Below are positions 54,625-64,000 of a stretch of 64,000 nucleotides of DNA, piece after piece. Under the pieces are notes generated by a model, which worked only from the letters and a program-made list of their open reading frames with translations, was not told where the DNA came from and did not search any database. This DNA is from the human T2T-CHM13v2.0 reference genome, Homo sapiens, in assembly GCF_009914755.1 (NCBI RefSeq), contig NC_060929.1; one strand, 5' to 3'. The position numbers and the translations under genes are program-made. How positions within the stretch are numbered: the stretch's first letter is position 1; every line of letters begins with the position of its first letter.

Positions 54625-56113
54625 AGTGAAGAAACTGAAACTGGAACAGACCAATATTGAGTTCTGAAATTGAGTCAGTAATAAACATTCTACCAACCAA
54701 GCAAAGCCTCTGACCAGATGCATTTACAGTTGAATTGCACCAAATGTACAAAGAAGAGATGGTCCAATTCTACTGAAATTATCCCAAGAAATCGAGGAGC
54801 AGCAACTCCTTTCTAATTCATTCTATGAAGCCAGCAACACTCTGATACCAAAGGCTGGCAAGGACAAAACAACAACAAAAATAAAATTGCAGACCAATAT
54901 CCCTGATGAACATAGTTGCAAAAATCCTCAACAAAATACTAGAAAACCAAATCTAGCAGCACATCAAAGAGTCAATTCACCACCATCAAGTAGCTTCATT
55001 TCTGGGAATGCAAGGTCAGTTCAACATACACAAATCAATAAATATCATTGACCATATAAACATAATTAAAAACAAAAATCATATGGTCAACTGAATAAAC
55101 TCAGAGAAATCCTTCAATAAAATCCAGCACCCCTCTATCATAAAAACCCTCAACAAACTAGGCCTCAAAAGAACATACCTCAAAATTATAAGAGCTGCTC
55201 ATGTCTGCAATCCCAGCACTTTGGGAGTCTGGAGGCAGGTGAATTGCTTGAGCTGAAGAGTTTGAGTCCAGCCTGGGCAACATGGTGAATCCCTGTCTCT
55301 ACATAAAATACAAAAACTAGCTGGGAATGGTGGCACATGCCTGTGTTCCCAGCTACCGGGAAGCTGAGGTGGGAGGATTGCTTGAACCTGAGGAAGTCAA
55401 GGCTGCACTGAGTTGTGATCTTGACAATTACACTCCAGCTTACGTGACAGAGCAAGACCCTATCTCAAAGTAATAATAATAGCCATCTGTGACAAACCCG
55501 TAGCCAACATCACACAAAACAGGCAAAAGCTGGAAGCATTTCCTTGAGAGCTGGAACAAGAAGAGTGACACTCTCACCACTCCCATTCAAGATAGTACTG
55601 GAAGTCCTAGCCAGAGTGATCAGGGTAGAGAAAGAAATAAAAGGCATTAAATAGAAAAAGAAGTCAAACTATTTCTCTTTGCTGATGATATGATTCTATA
55701 CCTAGAAATACCCTGCCAAAAGATTCCTCAAACTCATAAATGACTTCAGTAAAGTTTCAGGATACAAAATCAACGTACAAAAATCAGTAGCATTTCTATA
55801 CACCAACAACATCCAAGCTGAGAGCCAAATCCAGTACATATTTCCATTTACCATAACCATACACGCACACAAAATACCTAGGAATTTATCTAACCTAGGA
55901 TGTGAAATATTTCTATAAGGAGAATTACAAAACACTGCTGAAAGAAATTGGAGATGATACGAAAGAAATTGGAGATGATACAAACAAATGGAAAAACATT
56001 CCATGCTCATGGGTTGGAAGAATCAGTATGCTTAAAATGACCATATTGGCCAAAGCAATCTACAGATTCAACACTATTCTAATCAAACTATAAACAAAAT
56101 TTTTCACTGAATT
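54625..56113 (+). mobile_element. Internal L1 ORF2 fragment (old L1PA/L1PB), truncated at both ends, containing an Alu
   Basis: RT-region sequence (ttctatgaagccagc, agaccaatatccctgatgaacatag); ORF 55902..56093 is L1 ORF2; 21-bp duplication gaaagaaattggagatgatac at 55940-55981. Confidence 0.92.
55196..55478 (+). mobile_element. AluJ (5'-clipped)
   Basis: Diverged dimeric Alu inside the L1. Confidence 0.9.
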
Positions 56114-58844
56114 TCATTTGTTTTAATAAATATATATAATTGCATATTAGTATTATATATGTAAAATAGAATCAAGTGTCTTACTATTTATTCATAACTA
56201 TCATGAACGAAACTTGTAGGTGGTTTACTGGGCCTCTTGTATGTTAATTGAAAGAGTGGCTGACATCTTGGACTTCATCACATGTAGCTAGAGAAAATAT
56301 TCTTGGATGAGGAGCACTTTAACAAATTCAATATTACAACACATTGTTGAATCCCTATTGGTCTCCTGAAATAATATGTAATTATTGTTCTTATCTCTTC
56401 GAGAAAATAATGTTTATATTATGATGTGTTGTTTTTGCAGAAATACTATTTGCTAAGCCACCATTAACAAATACCTGTGAACAGAGATAGTTAGATAATA
56501 TAACACATTGGTATTTTGTTCCAATTCCTCCCTAGCCATATGTTCTCTTCTGACAGGGAAACAAAATTTAGAAACAATTCTTTCAACAAAGCACACTTCA
56601 ACTTGCAGATGACCAACTCATAGTCCATGGCAGTGATGAAAGCAAGTTACATGTAAGGGCTCAACAGCAGTATAAATAATAACAAATTATGAAAAAATGC
56701 ATTTGCTTTCTTGCTATCTACATAATATTCTACTGCCAAACATATTCTTGCTAAAAAATGCCAAAACCTAAAATTCTACTACTATTGAAACCATCAAAGC
56801 CTTCATGAGGCAAATGATGCATGGAAACAAATTCCTTAAAACACATTCTGTCCTAGCAGTAGGCAATAGACAGGCATGACGAGCATATGTGGTTAAGTCC
56901 TCTTTGAGCTTCTTTATAGTTTTTCTGATTACTAGCTGTGACCAGAAATTTTGGGAATATTTAGTCACAGACAATGAGGAAAGAAAACAACAAAATAAAG
57001 CAAGTATAAAAACCAATACACTACATGAAAATATGCTACTTTCCTCTCTGTGACTAATCTACTAATTGTGAAAGCTCTTTAAGATTTTCAGGACCAAAAA
57101 AAGTAAATTTTCTGATTTTTCAGAACTTATTTAATAACACTGATTTGCTATCTCTTATAGGGTGTACCTCATTATCTCTCAAATTTGCATAATCACAGAA
57201 TGCTTGATTAAGGAATGGAAACTTCGAGTGTAATGGATATGCATGCATGATTAGCTGTAGGAGGAGATCTATAATTATGTGGTGTATAAATATACATCTA
57301 TATACTTTAAACCTTAACAATAAACACAACAAAAATCTTGACATTTATTTTAAAATTCTTCCAGTCATAATTTCAAAAAGGAAAACAGCAGTACCTTTAA
57401 AAGAGTCACAAAATCCCTTAATCACACTCTTCCAGAGGGTAAATTTATAATACAATTTAAAATTTATACTCACTATAAAAGATATTGATAATTTTTAAAA
57501 AGGCAGAGGGGGTCTTTGGTTCCCAGGTATTTTTGTGCTATGAGCCCTGAATATCACATTTATTCAGAAAGCAGAGTGAATCTTGATGGGATATACGTCT
57601 TAAATCTCTGTAGTTCACATCAGTTTCACTGTTTTTAAAACTAGTACCTTCTTTACCTTTCTCCTCCATTACTCCATACTCTCTTGTACAAATCCCTGTA
57701 AACACAAATCATCCTAAGACTGCCTCCAAATATCAATGTAAACTTCAAACTCTCCAATTGTATAAAATAAGAATGGTAAACTTTGTATTAAATCTATCCA
57801 TAATAGATATGAAAAGCTGATTAACTAAATCCAAAGTTCAATCTAACTCTAAATACCATAAAAATTACATTATAACAGAATTAGAAATTTAGTTTATATG
57901 AGTGAAACTTTTTTCATGTCCTAGATGACAAGTACTTATCTAATTATTTAAATTTAATCTGTAAAGATATTTTACTATTATAAATATTTTTCCACAAGAC
58001 ATGTGATATAATGTTTATCTTTGTATGTTTTCTATTACATACACTGAGAGAGAAAACTGACAACCACTGATAACAAAAATTCTTTATGCTAAAGGATTAT
58101 AAGAGATTTTAACTGTGATAATTTAAATAACACTTCTTAAGCAAATTTCTTCTAAAAACAATGTAAAAATATATTTTAAAAATTATGTTTTTAATACAGA
58201 TTTTTTTGAAGAAGGAGAAGTTAACACATTTAATTCAATCACTTCCTTCCCTTTTTATTATTATGAACCACATAGTACTTAGTTTTTTATAGTCCAAACT
58301 TTACTGAAGCAAACCTAAGAAAAATTTAAATGTCATCTTAATTTTCCACCTCACAAAAGGTTTTCTGTAATTGGGAAAAGTGACAGTGAATTTCTTGCCA
58401 GGTCATTCAGGTGATTCCCTGGAGTGAGTTGATGCTTATGGTTTACGAAAAGCCTTATGTGCAAGATCAACAACCTATATAAAGAATGGCAAGAACAAAA
58501 CACCTTGAGTTACCAAATGCAATGCTAATTAGATCTATGATCTTAAACAGTTACTATCATGCTTATCTAGTGGAAGAGGAAAGATTGTAAAATACTAAGC
58601 AATGAATCAACAGTTTTATTCTGTCTGTAGTAATCACATTTTTCTAATGTTAATATTAATCTTAACATAAAGAAAGAAGAAGGAGGAGAAGGAGGAAAAG
58701 ATAGAAGAACAAGGAAGATGAAGAAGGTAAAAGTGAATGAGAGGGTTATCCCCAATAATGATACGAACTAATACGAAACACCGAAGTTGCCGTTTTCTTA
58801 GTATACATTATTTTATTTTGGGGGGGGTGAATTTTTTCTTTTCT

Positions 58845-59165
58845 TTCATATACTTATTTATTTTTTATTTTTTTAGTTTTTGAGTTAGGGTCTTGCTCTG
58901 TTGCCCAGGCTGGAGCACAGTGGCGTAATCACAGATCACTACAGCCTCGACCTCCCAGGCTCAGGTGTTCCTCCCACCTCAGCCTTCTGGGTAGCTGGGA
59001 CTACAGGTGCATATCACCATGCTTGGCTAATTTTTGTATTTTTTTTGTAGAGATAGGGTTTCGCCATATTGCCCAGGCTGCTCTTGAACTCCTGGGCTCA
59101 AGTGATCTTACCAACTCAGCCTCCCAAAGTGCTGGGATTACAGGTGTGAGCCGCCACATCTAGCT
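58845..59165 (-). mobile_element. AluJ
   Basis: Full Alu; TSD-like aattttttcttt / aatttttcttt. Confidence 0.92.
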
Positions 59166-59174
59166 GGGTAATTT

Positions 59175-59385
59175 TTCTTTAGGCACTATACAAACTCTTT
59201 CTGTGTGTTAGGTCATTTAATTCTCATGTCATCTACATATGCAGGCATTATTATACCTGCATTACAGATAAGACACTATGGCTTTGGTGAGAAACTTTAT
59301 AGTTATCCGTGTCATTTTATTGCAGAACTTGAATTAATATTTATCTCTGTCAGACTCTAAAATTTGTGCTATTGAACTCTACATG
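59175..59385 (-). mobile_element. MIR
   Basis: tcatttaattctcatg...attattatacctgcattacagataagacact...tctgtcagactctaaa. Confidence 0.6.
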
Positions 59386-60291
59386 TTTGTACATTCTTGG
59401 ATGATGTCAGCCCACTATAACTTATTTTAGTAAAATAAAACGTAAATTGTTTGAGGCTATAAATTTTTGTTCATTTTACCTTCAGATAAAACTTGAGAAC
59501 AACATTTATAAACTCAGCTGAGTTTTTTCTTCCTCAAATGACAAGCATACATAAAAATAAAATATGAGAAAGTTAAAAGTGAAAAACTTAAATTATTACA
59601 AGGAACAGTTTCTATTACTATATTTAATGGAAATGTTTGGTCAAATATTATTTTGCATAATATTACTTTAATGTATATATCAGCATTAGAAGGCTGTCTT
59701 CTGTCTAAATCAATGCGCATTTAAAATGTCTTACAATGTTTTTGAAAATAAACTTTCAGACGGCTTAAAAGAATAACTATAGGAAAATGGCATAATTAAA
59801 AGGTTTTTCTACTGCTTGAGAGTTAAAGTAAAATAATTCTTCAAAATTAAAATTGTTACCTATTAAGACCATATGCTGCACAAGATATTCTTGTTGATGT
59901 CAACGGGTGTTCCAGTGAGGATGTGGGCAACATATGGGCCTGGCATTTTGTTAATTAAAAACAATGTTTTGCTACGTTGATGTGTGTTCCAAAGAGAGAT
60001 TCCTAGAGCATAACACCAAGTTGCCGAGTTTAGTGTTTTAGGAGGTTGGCAATTACACAGTTCAGTGTTAGACTTGAAACACAAAGATGTAACTTTCATG
60101 TTGCACTCATTCTATTTTTAATAATAACAATAATAAACCTTAGTTGAAAATTTTTGTTGTGATAGCTGGAATTAATTCCAGATAATTTCCAAGTCTACTG
60201 AAAGTTTAATACTAAATTATAAAGGTTAGAATTGAGGACTGAACACTTATAGGACACATTTTTATATGTTTTAAGTATATGCAGAATTCTT

Positions 60292-60982
<691 letters not shown>

Positions 60983-62281
60983 CTCCTACAACATTACTTC
61001 TTCTCCCTCAAATACATGGCACATCACTTATTGAATTAGCATCAGTTTTCAAAAACCAGAGAACAACAATGCATAAAGAAAACTAGTCATATAGAACCCA
61101 AAGCTAGGAAATGTGACCTTTAGTGCTTACATGTATGTACTACAATGAGAGCAGAGTACAGTCCTTTATAGCACAACTTGTGGACTCAGATATATCTAAG
61201 TTTCAATCTTAGCACAACTATTTACAGAATGCCTCTGTCATCTAGAACATATGGCCCTCTGCTATCTCCTGAGATTGACTCTGATTGTTGCTATTGCTGC
61301 TGCTTCAGACTGAATAGAAGTAAGTTGTTTCATGAACAGATTTTCAAAAAGAAACTGACACTTAAATAATTCATATTTGGTCTTGACTTTTGCCTACATA
61401 GAGTATTGATCTTAAAGCCAAAAGACATCTTGTCTACCTCTTGTTAACTGTTGGATATCATTGCAAGGAGAAAGGATATGAGTGAAAGAGGCAAGACTTA
61501 TTTTACATTTGGTAAAAGCAATTGTAGAAAATCCATGCTTTTAGAAAGCCTTCTACCATTTATGAATGTGGAATGTCACTAAACAGTTAGCCTATTGAGG
61601 AAAAATGTGTATCTCATCAGGGAAAAAAAAAGACACAACACAGATACCAAAAAAAAAAAAAAATGCTTTTGCTGTTAACAATAACCCAAAGCAATCATCA
61701 ATGTTAATACTTTTTATTCTGCACAGATTTATGTCATTCATTTGTCTTGAAGCAGCAAAAGGCCTTAGAAGACCACATGAGTTAAGCACACTACACTTTC
61801 AGATACTGTGAATGAAAAATGCATGTGGATTACTCTACATTCCAAAAAATAATATCAATGTAATGTATAGCTTTTGCTAAAGTTCACTGACACCTAGATA
61901 GTTGAAAAATGTCTCTTTCCAAGAGTGTGAACATGTCAATTCAACTGCTTGGCACAATGTGGAGAAGAAATGTTGGTATTTTTGTCCCTTCTAGGTGTTC
62001 AGGGCAAGATTCTCAATAGTATAAAAACTTAGAAATAATAAGAGTTGGAGACAAAGTGTTATCACTTTTTCACAAAGTGTATGTGGCTGCAACATAAGAA
62101 GTCACCAGTAATAGAAAATGAAAGTGAGAAGGACCAAAGGTACCATAATAGATAACAATTAGAAAGTTAACTTATAAAAAGATTTGTTGGACCTCTGCTA
62201 GAAACCAAAGTTAGTAATATATGTCAAGGCACAAAATTTCCCGGTTATTCTGGACTGCATAAATGACCTACATGATACATG

Positions 62282-62500
62282 TTTCTTTCCTTCCTCCCTC
62301 CTTCTTTCCCTTCCTCCCTTCCTCCCTCCTTGTTCCTTCCTGCCTGCCTTCCCTTCCTCCTTCCTTCCTTCCTTCCTTCCTCCCTCCCTTCTTTCCTTCC
62401 TTCCTCTCTTTTCTTTTCTTCTCTTTTTTTCTTTATTGCTCTTTCCTTCCTTCCTTCCTTCTTTCTTTCTTTTTCTTTTTTCTTTCTTTCTTTTCTTTCC
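62282..62500. repeat. Polypyrimidine low-complexity repeat (CTTC/CCTC/CTTT)n
   Basis: ~220 bp nearly pure C/T. Confidence 0.95.
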
Positions 62501-63163
62501 AGAAAACATTAATAAGATGTGCCTGTTATCTGGTGTTTAAATAGAAGGGAATTATATTCATCCATATCATGCGGCTTGGTTCCCCCAAATGTTGTTTGGA
62601 TCAGAGAGATAAAAAATTTTTTTTCCAAAATGTTTGCCAAGATGCAGTGTCTCTAATTGACTGTCAATCTTCAGTGGACTACAACAGTGTTTATGCATAA
62701 TGAGTTCCTGGACTCATGCCCTTTTAATAATTCAACATACAGGAAGGCACATATATCTGGCAAGCATCCAACACATACAAAAAATCAAGTCTTCTCGGGG
62801 TATCCAAAGATAGTCTCAGAAGAAAGCTATTACTTTGTCTTAGGAAATTCCCTACTTAAAATAGCCTTTTTTTTTTTTTGCATACCTTGTTAGTTGTGAC
62901 TTTTGAAGAAACTAAATGTCATCATATTCTGGCTATTATAGTTACATTGTTTTGGATATAGTACATTTATTAAAGAGAGTATGTAGAGTTCATTACTTTC
63001 TATGTGCTAATATATAAAATGCACATACTTCATATCTTATAGTTGCATTTCAAAACAATTTTTAGTGTTCACCTTATAAAAATTCTGATTATTTTTCTCT
63101 CAAATAAGTGAATTAAAAGTGAAATGTGCAATATATATTAACACCAAAGCCTCTCTTTTCTAG

Positions 63164-63226
63164 GTGAAGACGATATATATCAAACACTTAAACTCTCAGA
63201 TAGGAGAGTATAATGCCTACCAAAAG
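63164..63226 (+). other. Candidate 63-nt exon
   Basis: ttaac branch-like site, cctctcttttctag acceptor, AAG|gtaaag donor; open in phase 0 (VKTIYIKHLNSQIGEYNAYQK). Protein not recognised. Confidence 0.35.
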
Positions 63227-63614
63227 GTAAAGGTAATTAGTTAAGACGCTCATTTTATGCTCTATACCTATACCTCATCTTTTTAAGACAAACATAAGTG
63301 TACATTCTTAAACATCAAAAAGATCTACTAGAACAATTTGCCATTGAATCAAAAGTTCTATAACTTACTTTCATAGAATTAATAAGGCAGAATCATCTAT
63401 TCCTTCACATGTCTCTATTTGACTGCAACAAATGCAAAAACTGTGACTTGGCCAAAATACAATGGTTTCCAACTATAAAAGTCAGTCCTACACTATCAAG
63501 CAAATATTTGCATCAAACCATTTATTCAGTGATGTGAAATTTAGTTCTGTGTATTCAGCACATTACTGTTTACTTGAAACAGGTGACAGATGTATTAGAA
63601 AGAGCATAAGGCTT

Positions 63615-63825
63615 CTGATTGAAATTCCAGCTTCAATTCTCAAAGGTCTAAGATGTTCAGCAAGTTTTTCAATTACTTTGAGCCTCAGTTACTTAGGGGA
63701 AAATCTTAATCTCAAGATGTAAATTTATGAGTATGTGTTGTGTGGGAAGCATAATTTAATAATCCAAAGAAGTTGACTGGCACTCAATAAGTAATCAATA
63801 AATGTCAGTCCCCCTCTTCCTCTTC
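63615..63825 (+). mobile_element. MIR
   Basis: gcaagtttttcaattactttgagcctcagtt...ctggcac...gtaatcaataaatgtcag. Confidence 0.6.
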
Positions 63826-64000
63826 TAGGTAGATATTGTAAGAATTCTGTCTAAAACAATACTGTTATCCAGAAACATATGCAAAGAATATACATTCTGG
63901 AATTAATTTGATGACAAAAGAATTAGAGAAACAAGACGCAGACAAATTTGCACTCTTATGTTAATAAACCAAATGGCTGTAATTTGGAAGAAGCACTATA

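Noticed and set aside
62198-62544. K/E/R/G-rich and F/L/P/S-rich ORFs
   Set aside because: Translations of the polypyrimidine simple repeat.

Overview
Primate (human-like) AT-rich genomic DNA, apparently intronic or intergenic. Alu J/S/Y elements fix the lineage. I recognise no protein-coding gene, RNA gene or CpG island, and nearly all listed ORFs are Alu, L1, MaLR or microsatellite artefacts. Roughly half the window is interspersed repeats. These include: a TSD-bounded L1PB copy (172-2918) carrying a 1.2-kb AT-rich repeat, a 157-bp foreign insert and a short putative 3' transduction; an old L1M; two inverted (twin-primed) L1s; a full-length MSTA-like MaLR with unequal LTRs; and an ~11-kb degenerate ERV1 provirus on the minus strand (43205-54624) with an integrase remnant and a tRNA-Leu-type PBS. 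The most notable observation is a ~3.4-kb GC-richer, non-retroviral segment (46371-49746) that splits the provirus. It has a poly(A) tail, a degenerate TSD, an older MER5 element and a strong CTCF motif, so it looks like retrotransposed genomic or pre-mRNA sequence from another locus. Repeat subfamily names come from my recollection of consensus sequences, not a database search, and boundaries of old repeats are approximate.
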